A DNA stretch of 64,000 nucleotides from the IMG/VR virus record IMGVR_UViG_3300028394_000035; one strand, written 5' to 3'. Made by a program: the position numbers and the translations under genes. The stretch is from a virus. This document shows, piece after piece, positions 18,568 through 28,043 of this stretch (position 1 is its first letter; every line of letters begins with the position of its first letter). The notes beneath the pieces are model-generated. The model was not told the DNA's origin and made no database searches. It saw only the letters and a list, made by a program, of their open reading frames with translations.

Positions 18568-18975
18568 GTGTTTAACTTTAATTTTGGCAAGAAGAAACCA
18601 ACTATTTTTAAATATGCAATTGTAGGAGTTATATTTACTTCAACTATTACAGTTATATCTCAGTGTACTCGTATACCAGAAGAAAAATTATATGATATTG
18701 TAGATCAAGTTCAAAGAAAAATACCTGGAAAACCTTTGAATGATTATATTATAACTGATCCAATTCTTTTAGATAGAAGAATCAAAAGAGATGTTGATTC
18801 TGCAATACTAGAATATGAGAGGTTGACGGGAGATGATGGTAGTGTTAGAATAAGTCCATCATATTTTTCAGAAAAACCACCTGATGGCAGTAAAGCACAA
18901 AAATTACTTGGTGGTGAATTAAGAATATGTGGTTCTTGGGTTCCTGATTGCCCAAAAGAAAATCAAGTTCAATAA
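18568..18975 (+). CDS. Hypothetical membrane-anchored protein
   Basis: GTG start; basic N-terminus followed by YAIVGVIFTSTITVISQC. Confidence 0.65.
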   Translation: MFNFNFGKKKPTIFKYAIVGVIFTSTITVISQCTRIPEEKLYDIVDQVQRKIPGKPLNDYIITDPILLDRRIKRDVDSAILEYERLTGDDGSVRISPSYFSEKPPDGSKAQKLLGGELRICGSWVPDCPKENQVQ

Positions 18976-18976
18976 T

Positions 18977-19049
18977 GCGAATGTAGTTCAGTTGGTAGAA
19001 CGCTATCCTTCCAAGTTAGATGTCGTCGGTTCGAGTCCGATCATTCGCT
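18977..19049 (+). tRNA. tRNA-Gly(TCC)
   Basis: GCGAATG/CATTCGC acceptor stem, anticodon loop CT-TCC-AA, GGTTCGAGTCC T-arm; CCA not encoded. Confidence 0.92.
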
Positions 19050-19071
19050 TTCCCTTTTTGGGATAATTTAT

Positions 19072-19143
19072 TCCACAATAGCTCAGCGGTAGAGTCGGTG
19101 ACTGTTAATCACTTGGTCCCTGGTTCGAATCCAGGTTGTGGAG
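19072..19143 (+). tRNA. tRNA-Asn(GTT)
   Basis: TCCACAA/TTGTGGA acceptor, G discriminator, anticodon loop CT-GTT-AA, GGTTCGAATCC. Confidence 0.93.
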
Positions 19144-19165
19144 TTTCTTATTATAACTATTTAAA

Positions 19166-19810
19166 ATGTTCTGGCAAAAATATCATGATATTTTAATTAA
19201 ATATCTAACCTTGGAAAATACATATTCTCAAGAAACTGTACAAAATGATTCTAAATTGGAATCTTTTTTGTATCAAGGAGAATACATTCTTAAATCTAGA
19301 GTAACTAATATAACAAAAGGCAGCACATCAATCTATAATAATATTCTCTATCCAAAAACTGGAAAAAATCTTCCTTGTCTCGGAATGGATTTGATGGCAT
19401 TCTTTAAAAATAAAGTTATCTTAACTTTTGATTTCCAGCATCCAAAAGAAAACTATGATTTTGATCATGAAATTGTGAGAAAAAATATGGGGAAATATTT
19501 GGATAATACTAAAGAAATTCGTTTCTTTGAACCAGGTAATCACTTCTCTCGATATGTATTTGTGCGTAAGTGTCATATGGATGAGGTGGATCAGTATTTA
19601 CCAGATTTTGAAAAATACGTTTCTACATATTCTAAACTTTTGGAGGAATTTCAACCAGAAGAAAATAATACAGAAGAGTTTATTAATTTTGATAATTATA
19701 TGCTAAAGTTAGATCCAGTATCTGGATATATGCAGTCAAATTTTGGTAAAGAATTTGCTGAAAAATATGTGAAAAAATTTTTATTTGAGTACTCTAGTTT
19801 CTCATTATAA
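19166..19810 (+). CDS. pebS: Phycoerythrobilin synthase (ferredoxin-dependent bilin reductase)
   Basis: IYNNILYPKTG.NLPCLGMDLM, FDFQHP, FFEPGNHFSR, DFDxYM..LDPV.GY match phage PebS, with both catalytic Asp present. Confidence 0.9.
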   Translation: MFWQKYHDILIKYLTLENTYSQETVQNDSKLESFLYQGEYILKSRVTNITKGSTSIYNNILYPKTGKNLPCLGMDLMAFFKNKVILTFDFQHPKENYDFDHEIVRKNMGKYLDNTKEIRFFEPGNHFSRYVFVRKCHMDEVDQYLPDFEKYVSTYSKLLEEFQPEENNTEEFINFDNYMLKLDPVSGYMQSNFGKEFAEKYVKKFLFEYSSFSL

Positions 19811-19813
19811 ATA
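19806..19813 (+). promoter_or_regulatory. T4-type late promoter TATAAATA
   Basis: Exact consensus 15 nt before dps. Confidence 0.75.
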
Positions 19814-19828
19814 TCTAAAAATAGGATA

Positions 19829-20263
19829 ATGGAAAAACTATTTAAACAATTAAGTGATGCTCAGGCATCACTCTTTGTTCTTTTTCAAAAGACTTGGGTA
19901 TATCATTGGGATGTAGTGGGACCTGATTTTCACCAATTTCACACATTATTTGGAGAGCAGTATAATACAATGTTTGAAGAGATTGATACTCTTACAGAAC
20001 ATATGAGATATTTGGGTATGAAACCAGTTAGTACTTTAACTAGAGCAGTTGAAGTATCTATGATTAAAGAGGCAAATAGTTCAATTAATGCTAATGAAAT
20101 GATTAGAGAATTACGTGATGACAATATGAAGATATGTGATATACTTACTGATGTATCAGAAGAGGCAGATAGTCAAAGGCAATATGCAACTTCTAATTTA
20201 GTCCAGAGCATCACAGAAACACATGGTAAATTTATTTGGATGTTAAGGTCCTTTTTAGAATAA
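19829..20263 (+). CDS. dps: Dps family ferritin-like protein
   Basis: YHWDVVGPDFHQFHTLFGEQY...EIDTLTEHMRYLG...WMLRS ferroxidase motif. Confidence 0.92.
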   Translation: MEKLFKQLSDAQASLFVLFQKTWVYHWDVVGPDFHQFHTLFGEQYNTMFEEIDTLTEHMRYLGMKPVSTLTRAVEVSMIKEANSSINANEMIRELRDDNMKICDILTDVSEEADSQRQYATSNLVQSITETHGKFIWMLRSFLE

Positions 20264-20275
20264 TGGAGAAATTAA

Positions 20276-20527
20276 ATGATTGAAATACGTTGCAAACTTT
20301 GTAATACAGAATTAAAAAGTCATCCAACACAGACACGTTGTTGTGGATGCACGAATATGATGACTGTTGTTGGTGATAAAATCACGGCACTTGACTTAAG
20401 TAAGGTTGTTATGATAAACTCAATACGTCAACAACAACAAAACTCATATTTTACAGAGGAAGAACTTGCTTGGCAGCAAGCAAGAGCAAATCGTAAAATA
20501 CGTAAATTAGAATTTGAGGTGAGATGA
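20276..20527 (+). CDS. Zinc-finger hypothetical protein
   Basis: CKLC...CCGC; GGAG RBS. Confidence 0.7.
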   Translation: MIEIRCKLCNTELKSHPTQTRCCGCTNMMTVVGDKITALDLSKVVMINSIRQQQQNSYFTEEELAWQQARANRKIRKLEFEVR

Positions 20528-20679
20528 ACTGGGAATCCCCAAATCTATCAAAGCAAGATGTGGAATTGCTTACTATAACATTAGATGATTATATTTTTTA
20601 TGCAAAACGTGATGGTATATTTGATTGCAATGAAGTCGAAAGACTATTAATCAGATTGGAAGACCATTTACAAAACTAG
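20524..20679 (+). CDS. Small hypothetical protein (51 aa; not in ORF track)
   Basis: ATGA overlap with upstream stop; MNWESPNLSKQDVELL... Confidence 0.55.
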   Translation: MNWESPNLSKQDVELLTITLDDYIFYAKRDGIFDCNEVERLLIRLEDHLQN

Positions 20680-20691
20680 TAAACCAGATGG

Positions 20692-20764
20692 GCTCTTTTA
20701 GCAATCTGGTGAATGCACCGAACTCATAATTCGGATAAGGTCGGTTCGATCCCGACAAGGAGCA
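20692..20764 (+). tRNA. tRNA with CAT anticodon (elongator Met or lysidine Ile2)
   Basis: GCTCTTT/AAGGAGC acceptor, CCGAA-CTCATAA-TTCGG anticodon arm, GTCGG-TTCGATC-CCGAC T-arm. Confidence 0.88.
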
Positions 20765-20771
20765 TAGTCAC

Positions 20772-20808
20772 GGAGAGACTTTAAGAGTTGCATAAACTCT
20801 CCTTTTTT
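20772..20808 (+). terminator. Terminator-like hairpin after tRNA
   Basis: GGAGAG/CTCTCC stem plus T6. Confidence 0.6.
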
Positions 20809-20816
20809 GTTATAAT
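20788..20816 (+). promoter_or_regulatory. Sigma70-type promoter of the glycan island
   Basis: TTGCAT-17 nt-TATAAT with extended -10 TG. Confidence 0.75.
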
Positions 20817-20842
20817 ATATAACACAAACAAAGATAATTTTT

Positions 20843-21886
20843 ATGAGTGAGTATAAGAAAACAGCACTTGTTCTTGGTGCTGGTGGATTTATTGGGAGTC
20901 ATATGGTTCGCAAATTGCGATCAGAAGGATACTGGGTTCGTGGTGTAGATCTTAAATACCCAGAGTTCTCAGAAACAGAAGCAAACGAATTCATTCAAGG
21001 AGACTTGAGAGATGTGAGTTTTGTTGAGAGAGTAATCCAGTTTAAAGGATATCAGGGTAATTTTTATCACAGTGTTCCTTCACGATATCTACAACCATTT
21101 GACGAAATTTATCAGTTTGCTGCTGATATGGGTGGAGCAGGATTTGTTTTTACTAGAGAGAATGATGCAGACATTATGCATAATTCTTGTACAGTAAATT
21201 TGAATGTGCTTGAATCTGTTCGTAAGTTTAATGATATTACTGGTCGGAATACTACTAAGATTTTCTATTCTGGATCTGCGTGTATGTATCCAGAACATAA
21301 TCAACTTGACCCAGATAATCCTGATTGTCGTGAAGAATCAGCATACCCAGCAGAACCAGATTCTGAATATGGATGGGAAAAACTTTTTTCTGAAAGGTTA
21401 TTTCTTGCGTATCATCGTAATTATAAAATTCCTGTTAGAGTTGCTAGGTATCATAATATCTTTGGACCAGAAGGAACCTGGGAAGGTGGACGTGAGAAAG
21501 CACCAGCAGCAATATGTCGTAAGGTCGCAGAACTTCCAGAAGATGGTGGAACAGTTGAAGTGTGGGGTGATGGAAAACAAACTCGTTCATTCCTCTATAT
21601 TGATGAGTGTATAGAGGCAACTCGTCGTATGATGGAATCTGATTTTATTGGGCCAGTAAATATTGGTTCAGAGGAAATGGTAACTATCAATCAACTCGTG
21701 GATACTGCAGCAAAAGTTGCTGGTAAAAAAGTATCAAAAAATCATATTGATGGACCTCTTGGTGTTCGTGGACGTAATTCCAATAATGATTTGATTCGTA
21801 AAGAACTTGGTTGGGATTATAATATGACTTTAGAAGAGGGTATTACAAAAACTTATAAATGGATTGAGGAACAGATAAATGGTTGA
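20843..21886 (+). CDS. NAD-dependent epimerase, GDP-mannose 3,5-epimerase-like
   Basis: GAGGFIG, FAADMGGAGF, YSGSACMYP, YGWEK, GGREKAPAAICRK, RGRNSNN. Confidence 0.88.
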   Translation: MSEYKKTALVLGAGGFIGSHMVRKLRSEGYWVRGVDLKYPEFSETEANEFIQGDLRDVSFVERVIQFKGYQGNFYHSVPSRYLQPFDEIYQFAADMGGAGFVFTRENDADIMHNSCTVNLNVLESVRKFNDITGRNTTKIFYSGSACMYPEHNQLDPDNPDCREESAYPAEPDSEYGWEKLFSERLFLAYHRNYKIPVRVARYHNIFGPEGTWEGGREKAPAAICRKVAELPEDGGTVEVWGDGKQTRSFLYIDECIEATRRMMESDFIGPVNIGSEEMVTINQLVDTAAKVAGKKVSKNHIDGPLGVRGRNSNNDLIRKELGWDYNMTLEEGITKTYKWIEEQING

Positions 21887-22532
21887 AAATTTTTCATGGG
21901 TTGAAAATAAAAAGGATAACTTCAAAGAATATGCTCTAAATCTTCCAGATAGTGAAGTAGAAGAAATTCTTGGTAGTATTCCTTCTGGGTGGAACTATCC
22001 TCCAAAAAGCCATAGAGGATTTGTGGAATGGTTGATTAATCGCATTAAACCAGAGGTCACAGTTGAACTTGGTGTTGACTATGGATACTCTTCTTTCTTA
22101 ATGGCACTATGCCAAGACAATCCAGTATACGGTATTGACTGCTTTGATGTTTCCGTTCATGGTCCTCGTGAAGATGATGATTATCAGTTTGTAATGTCAG
22201 TTAAAGAAAAACTTGGTCTTGATAATCTAGAAATTATTAAAGGTTATTTTAACGATGTAGCAAAAACTTGGGATAAAGAAATTGATATTCTTCACATTGA
22301 TGGTCTTCATGATTACAAAAATTGTAAAAATGACTGTGATACCTGGGCACCTTTAATAAAAGAAAATGGCGTAATTCTATTTCATGACACTATTTCAAAC
22401 CCTGATGGTGTCGGACACTTTTTTTCTCAACTTGAAGTTCCAAAAGTAAACTTTACAAATTCTTTTGGTCTTGGAGTAGCTTCAAACAATGTAGATCTAA
22501 TTGAAGAGATTAAGCAAACTTTTAAACTATGA
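21879..22532 (+). CDS. Class I SAM-dependent methyltransferase (Methyltransf_24-like)
   Basis: VELGVDYGYS, IDILHIDGLHDY, GVILFHD. Confidence 0.85.
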   Translation: MVENFSWVENKKDNFKEYALNLPDSEVEEILGSIPSGWNYPPKSHRGFVEWLINRIKPEVTVELGVDYGYSSFLMALCQDNPVYGIDCFDVSVHGPREDDDYQFVMSVKEKLGLDNLEIIKGYFNDVAKTWDKEIDILHIDGLHDYKNCKNDCDTWAPLIKENGVILFHDTISNPDGVGHFFSQLEVPKVNFTNSFGLGVASNNVDLIEEIKQTFKL

Positions 22533-23065
22533 TTAAACTTATAATCCTTGATGTGGATGGTGTTCTTACTGATGGCACCAAATATTATGATCGTGATGGG
22601 AAAGTAGTTCTTAAACTTTTCTGTGATAAGGATTGGACTGCCATTAAAAGATTTCGTGCTATTGGAATTCCAGTTGTTTTTATAACTGGCGATCCTTATA
22701 ATGAGATCATTCTTAAGAATAGAAATCTTCCTGTTGTAGTGAATCGTGGCGAAGGATTTCATAAAGACAAAGTAAATTATCTTGCAGAAGTTCTTGATGA
22801 TTACAATTGTCTTGCAGAAGAAGTTGTTTATCTTGGAGATGATCTTTTTGATTATGGTATAATGAGAGAGGTTGGATATCCTTATTGTGTGTTAAATTCA
22901 CCAAGAACTCTTCAAGACATTTCTGTAGTTCTTCACTGTAATGGTGGAGAAAATGCAGTGATGTGTTTGTTTGAATATCTGGAGGATAGAGAATTGATTC
23001 CGGTTGTTCCTTATGATGAGGTAATGTCTAAAATTTATGAACTTGACTTGAAGGAAAACTTTTAA
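22529..23065 (+). CDS. KdsC-like HAD phosphatase
   Basis: LDVDGVLTDG, FITG, K, YLGDDLFD. Confidence 0.88.
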   Translation: MIKLIILDVDGVLTDGTKYYDRDGKVVLKLFCDKDWTAIKRFRAIGIPVVFITGDPYNEIILKNRNLPVVVNRGEGFHKDKVNYLAEVLDDYNCLAEEVVYLGDDLFDYGIMREVGYPYCVLNSPRTLQDISVVLHCNGGENAVMCLFEYLEDRELIPVVPYDEVMSKIYELDLKENF

Positions 23066-23736
23066 TGAAAGACATTTCTCTTTATGGGCATCTGACTATT
23101 GATACGATTCTTGACGGTAATTCTGAAAAGAAAAGTTTAGGATCAATGGCAAATGTTTGGAGATCTTTACTTGAGATTGATTCAACATTAAATATTGGAC
23201 TTTCTCCAATTGATGTTGGTCAAGCACTTGTTTATATTGATAAACTTTCAGCACAAAGGTATTCAAAAGCAAATTTAAATCTAGTTCAACACAAAGTAAA
23301 AATCTTCGAATCAAAAGTTCACCATCTAATTTATCTCAATGAAATGTCTATTCATGATTTTATTCCAAAACTGAATGGTATTATCACTGCAGATATATGT
23401 TCTGGAAAATCATTGAATAAAGATTTACTTAAGTGTGTAGATTATCTTTTTATTTCTGATGAAGATATTGATGGCAATCTTTCAGATTACGTGAATACAA
23501 TAAAGGGATATGTGATACTTCATAGTTCATCAGGAAGCGTTGTATCAAATGGAAAAGATGAGTTTTTCTATAAACTGCCTAAAGATTTGATACTGAAAGG
23601 TGTTAATGTTCTTGGTGCTGGTGATACATTTGCGTCTTGTTTCTTATATAAATTACTAAGGAATGAAGGAAGCATCCACAACTGGATCGAATTTGCTCAT
23701 TTAAAGACAACTGAAATTATTAGGAATTCGATATGA
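23065..23736 (+). CDS. PfkB/ribokinase-family carbohydrate kinase (divergent)
   Basis: GHLTID N-terminus; NVLGAGDTFA PfkB signature. Confidence 0.8.
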   Translation: MKDISLYGHLTIDTILDGNSEKKSLGSMANVWRSLLEIDSTLNIGLSPIDVGQALVYIDKLSAQRYSKANLNLVQHKVKIFESKVHHLIYLNEMSIHDFIPKLNGIITADICSGKSLNKDLLKCVDYLFISDEDIDGNLSDYVNTIKGYVILHSSSGSVVSNGKDEFFYKLPKDLILKGVNVLGAGDTFASCFLYKLLRNEGSIHNWIEFAHLKTTEIIRNSI

Positions 23737-24890
23737 AACCAAATATTCTTGTTCCGATGGCGGGACTTGGTAGTAGATTTATTAAAGAAGGATTTAAAGT
23801 ACCAAAGCAGTTAATTAATATCAAAGACAAACATCTAATTGATATTTCGCTTGATTGTTTGAACTATGAAGATTGTAATCTAATCTTCGTGGTTAGGGAT
23901 GAAACTGTTTATAATTTTCATATTGATGAACTCCTAAAGAAAAAGTTTGGTGAAGATATCAAGATTGTTATTATTGATAAACTTACTGATGGATCTGTGA
24001 GCAGTTGTTTGTATGCAGAAGAATATATTGATAATGATGCACCTCTTGTAGTTCATACTCTAGATATTGAATTCCGTCCAGTATTTGATCCGTATACTAT
24101 GAATGACTTGAATGCAGATGGACTCCTTTTGACATTTAAATCAAATTCTGCAAATTATAGTTATGCTGATGTTAATGAAGATGGATATGTAAAAAGAACT
24201 GCTGAAAAGAAAGCAATTAGTTCTAATGCCTGTGTTGGTATCTATGGATTCAAAAAAGGATCCGACTTCTGCAAGTATGCAAAGGAAATGATCGAAAGAG
24301 ATATTAGAACCAATAATGAGTTTTATATTGCACCTTTGTATAATCTTCTTATTGATGATTGTAAGAAAATCGTTACTTCGGATGTAGATAAAATGCATGT
24401 ATTTGGAACTCCTGATGAGTTTCATTTCTATAAAGAAAATGTCATTCGTAAGGTTGGTGATAAACCAATTGCTATTTGCTCAGACCATTCTGGATTTGAA
24501 TCAAAGGAAAAGTTTAAACATATTCTAGAAAAACACAATCTTGAGTATATTGATTTTGGAACTATCTTGAATAAGGATTGTGATTATAGTGATTATATTG
24601 CACAAGCAGTTAAAGCAATTGCTGAGCGTGATTGTGATTATGGATTTGGTTTCTGTAGAACAGGTCAAGGTGTGAATATTTGTGCTAACAAATACAAAGG
24701 TATTCGTTCAGCACTTATCTATGATGATTTCTCTATGGAGATGGCAATCCGACATAATTGTGCTAACTTTTTTGCAATTCCTGCAAAAGATTATACTATC
24801 GAAAAAATGGATAAGTATTTGGAAATCTGTTCTACTCATAGCTTTGATGGCGGTCGTCATCAGGTTCGTATTCAGGAATTAGAAAAATGA
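23733..24890 (+). CDS. Sugar-phosphate nucleotidyltransferase fused to RpiB/LacAB isomerase
   Basis: PMAGLGSRF...PKQL and GTPDE (NTP transferase); then SDHSG, FCRTGQGVNICANK, RHNCAN, FDGGRH (RpiB). Confidence 0.9.
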   Translation: MKPNILVPMAGLGSRFIKEGFKVPKQLINIKDKHLIDISLDCLNYEDCNLIFVVRDETVYNFHIDELLKKKFGEDIKIVIIDKLTDGSVSSCLYAEEYIDNDAPLVVHTLDIEFRPVFDPYTMNDLNADGLLLTFKSNSANYSYADVNEDGYVKRTAEKKAISSNACVGIYGFKKGSDFCKYAKEMIERDIRTNNEFYIAPLYNLLIDDCKKIVTSDVDKMHVFGTPDEFHFYKENVIRKVGDKPIAICSDHSGFESKEKFKHILEKHNLEYIDFGTILNKDCDYSDYIAQAVKAIAERDCDYGFGFCRTGQGVNICANKYKGIRSALIYDDFSMEMAIRHNCANFFAIPAKDYTIEKMDKYLEICSTHSFDGGRHQVRIQELEK

Positions 24891-25207
24891 TTCAAGCAAA
24901 TATTGTTGACTTTAAAGCAGGATGGTTTGTTGGGGACTTTGAACCATCTATTTTTAAGAATCCATTTTTTGAAGTTGCACACCATTCTCACACAAAAGGT
25001 CAACAAACTTTTCCTCATTACCATGCAGTCACTAATGAACTTAACTACATTGTAAAAGGTGAACTAGTAGTATCTGGAAAGCATTTGAATGCAGGTAATA
25101 TGTGGATCTATGAACCAAAGGAAATTTCTGATGTTGAGTTCTTGAGTGATGTCGATCTTATAGTAGTGAGATGGCCGTCTATTCCTTCGGATAAGTATAT
25201 GGTATGA
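24887..25207 (+). CDS. Cupin-domain protein
   Basis: GWFVGDF, HYH...E.NYIVKG, PSIPSDKY. Confidence 0.8.
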   Translation: MIQANIVDFKAGWFVGDFEPSIFKNPFFEVAHHSHTKGQQTFPHYHAVTNELNYIVKGELVVSGKHLNAGNMWIYEPKEISDVEFLSDVDLIVVRWPSIPSDKYMV

Positions 25208-25671
25208 AACTGATAGCACATAGAGGTAATATTGTAGGACCTAATCCTCTAGAGGAGAATAAACTAGAATACATTGAAGCAGCAATTGCAGGTGGATATG
25301 ATGCTGAGATTGATGTAAGATGGGAAGATCATCAGTTTTATTTGGGACATGATGGACCACAATATTATGTTCCTATGACTTGGTTAGTTAAAAGAAAAGA
25401 GAAACTTTGGATTCATTGTAAAGATTTTAAATCTTTGAATATTTTTTCTAATAGTCCAATAGATTTTAACTTTTTTTGGCATGAAAACGATAAGTACACT
25501 TTGACTAGTAAAGGTTATATTTGGACTTATCCTGGGCAATTATTTGAAAATAATTCTGTTATTGTAATGCCAGAAGTATTCGACTTGCAAAATATTCAAG
25601 ATAATGATACAATAGTATACAGCAAAAAATCTTTTGCTGTATGTAGTGACTATGTGGAAAAATTTAAATGA
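25204..25671 (+). CDS. Glycerophosphodiester phosphodiesterase-like protein
   Basis: IAHRGN, EIDV, LGHD, WIHCK, VCSDY. Confidence 0.8.
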   Translation: MKLIAHRGNIVGPNPLEENKLEYIEAAIAGGYDAEIDVRWEDHQFYLGHDGPQYYVPMTWLVKRKEKLWIHCKDFKSLNIFSNSPIDFNFFWHENDKYTLTSKGYIWTYPGQLFENNSVIVMPEVFDLQNIQDNDTIVYSKKSFAVCSDYVEKFK

Positions 25672-26279
25672 CATCTACGATTTCCCCAGTATTTAAAGAA
25701 TTAAAACAATATGATAAAATTAATGTTATAGATGTTGGATCTGCAAGAGCATCTTTTTTGGTAGAATTGGAAAAATTCTTTGATCTAAAAAATGTTTATG
25801 CTATAGGAATTGATCCAATTGATTATGGAGTAGAATCTCATTATGATAAGTTTTATCGTGTTTGTCTAGATGACGTTAAAACTCCTCAAAGGCAAATGTT
25901 TTATAATGATGATCAATCCTCTTCACTTTTTTCTTCCAAAGGTGAAGAAATGGGGTTCATTGACATTTTAAATATCAATAGCATTATTGATATTGATTTG
26001 CCAGAAGAAATTATACATTTTATTAAAATTGATGCAGAAGGAAAAGATTTGTCTATTGTAAAATCCTTATCAAAACGAAATTTAAATAGAATAAAATTTA
26101 TTGCAATAGAGTGTCCAAATAAAATTCCAAGATATGATGGTGAATATATTAAAAAAGATTGTATTGATTATTTTGATTCTATAAATTTTAAATTTTTTTA
26201 TGAATATGATACCACTATTGAACCTTGGAATAAATCAGATTTGAGTGATGTCGTTTTCATAAACAAACGAGAATTATGA
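25668..26279 (+). CDS. FkbM-family methyltransferase
   Basis: IDVGS, IKIDAEGKD..IVK, FIAIE. Confidence 0.75.
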   Translation: MTSTISPVFKELKQYDKINVIDVGSARASFLVELEKFFDLKNVYAIGIDPIDYGVESHYDKFYRVCLDDVKTPQRQMFYNDDQSSSLFSSKGEEMGFIDILNINSIIDIDLPEEIIHFIKIDAEGKDLSIVKSLSKRNLNRIKFIAIECPNKIPRYDGEYIKKDCIDYFDSINFKFFYEYDTTIEPWNKSDLSDVVFINKREL

Positions 26280-27016
26280 AAATAGCACTATGCTTGTCAG
26301 GACAACCAAGAGCAGTTCAAGTTGGATATCAAAAACTTTATAATACAGTTCTAAAGTATAATGATGTAGATGTTTTTATTCACACTTGGTTTGATCTAGA
26401 AAATCTTAATACAAATTCAATTATTCCTGGAAGAGAAGGTCATACGTTAGATTCTCAAGCAATTGATAAATTGGTTAATTATTATCAACCAAAAAGAATT
26501 ATGGTCGAAAAATCTAAAAATTGGAAAAGAAAATATGATATTCCAGATAAATGTTTTACTAATGCCTGGACTTGGGCTTTAGAAGTTAAAGATGGGTTGG
26601 AAGTTGCAAAAGATTATATTTGTAATACTACAAATAGTATGTTTTACAGTATTATGATGGCAAACCTTTTGAAAGAACAGTACTCTGTAGAAACTGAAAT
26701 TCCGTATGATTTAGTGATTAGAAATAGAATTGACTATTCGCCTCATGTAGTGTTAAAATTAGATGAAGCAGTTATAAACGATGATACGTTAACGTATCAA
26801 GATCTTCATCAACCTGATGGTATGATTAGTGATTGGTTTGGTATGGGATCAACAAATACAATGAATGTTTTTTGTGGTGTTTATAATCAAATAGGTCAAC
26901 TTATTCGACAATCAAATGACGTTGATGGATATTGGTGCAACGAACTTCTCCTAAAACATCATATCGCAAACAATAAGATTAAAATAAATCCTGTAGATTA
27001 TCAAGTTCATTATTAA
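26276..27016 (+). CDS. Glycan-cluster hypothetical protein (possible glycosyltransferase-like)
   Basis: [12 protein letters not shown]...DVFIHTW...[10 protein letters not shown]; typical of phage sugar islands. Confidence 0.65.
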   Translation: MKIALCLSGQPRAVQVGYQKLYNTVLKYNDVDVFIHTWFDLENLNTNSIIPGREGHTLDSQAIDKLVNYYQPKRIMVEKSKNWKRKYDIPDKCFTNAWTWALEVKDGLEVAKDYICNTTNSMFYSIMMANLLKEQYSVETEIPYDLVIRNRIDYSPHVVLKLDEAVINDDTLTYQDLHQPDGMISDWFGMGSTNTMNVFCGVYNQIGQLIRQSNDVDGYWCNELLLKHHIANNKIKINPVDYQVHY

Positions 27017-27017
27017 T

Positions 27018-28043
27018 ATGAAAAAAGCACTTATTACTGGCATTACTGGTCAAGATGGATCTTATCTTGCAGATCTTCTTTTAAGTAAAGGATATAAAGT
27101 TGATGGTATTATCCGCAGAAATTCAACTTCAGATTGTACTGATAGGATTAATTATCTTTTAGAAAATCCAAATATTACTTTACATTATGGCGATTTGACT
27201 GATTTTTCCAACATTACTTCTATTATTCAAGAAACACGTCCCGATGAGATCTATAACCTTGCAGCACAAAGCCATGTAAAAGTGTCTTTTTCGAATGCAC
27301 TCTACACTGCTGATGTAGATGCTCTTGGTGTATGTCGCATTCTTGAAGCAATTAGAATTCTTGGATTGATTAATACAACTAAGTTTTATCAAGCAAGCAC
27401 ATCAGAAATGTACGGACTTGTTCAATCAATTCCTCAAAGGGAAGATACCAAATTTCATCCACGTTCTCCTTATGGTGTAGCAAAACTTTATGCACATTGG
27501 ATTACTAAAAACTATCGGGAAGCATATGGTTTGTTTGGATGTAATGGTATTCTTTTTAATCATGAAAGTCCTCGTCGTGGCGAAAATTTTGTAACACGAA
27601 AGATTACCAAAACTCTTGCTGAGATTAAAAATGGCAAACGTACTTCTTCACTTGAACTTGGAAATATGGATGCAAAACGCGATTGGGGACACGCAAAGGA
27701 TTATGTAGAAGCAATGTGGTTAATACTTCAGAATGATATACCTGACGACTATGTTGTTGCTATGGGCGAACAACATTCGGTTCGTGAGTTTGTAGATATT
27801 GCATGTAAGCACTTTGAATTTGATATTGAATGGGATGGTAATGGAGTAGAAGAACGTGCGATAAATAAAAGCAATGGAGACATTTTGGTAAAGGTTAATC
27901 CTGAATTTTATCGTCCCACAGAAGTAGATTCTCTTGTTGGTGATTCTACTTATACCAAAAAAAGAATTGGATGGAAACCTAAGTATTCTTTTACAGATCT
28001 CGTAAAAGAAATGTGTGATAATGATTTGGAGAAAACTAAATGA
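27018..28043 (+). CDS. gmd: GDP-mannose 4,6-dehydratase
   Basis: [50 protein letters not shown]. Confidence 0.96.
   Translation: MKKALITGITGQDGSYLADLLLSKGYKVDGIIRRNSTSDCTDRINYLLENPNITLHYGDLTDFSNITSIIQETRPDEIYNLAAQSHVKVSFSNALYTADVDALGVCRILEAIRILGLINTTKFYQASTSEMYGLVQSIPQREDTKFHPRSPYGVAKLYAHWITKNYREAYGLFGCNGILFNHESPRRGENFVTRKITKTLAEIKNGKRTSSLELGNMDAKRDWGHAKDYVEAMWLILQNDIPDDYVVAMGEQHSVREFVDIACKHFEFDIEWDGNGVEERAINKSNGDILVKVNPEFYRPTEVDSLVGDSTYTKKRIGWKPKYSFTDLVKEMCDNDLEKTK

Noticed and set aside
20765-20842. Possible wcaG RNA motif between the tRNA and the epimerase gene
   Set aside because: The position fits, but the segment is short and lacks the TGGYG repeats I associate with that motif. It is explained as a terminator plus promoter.
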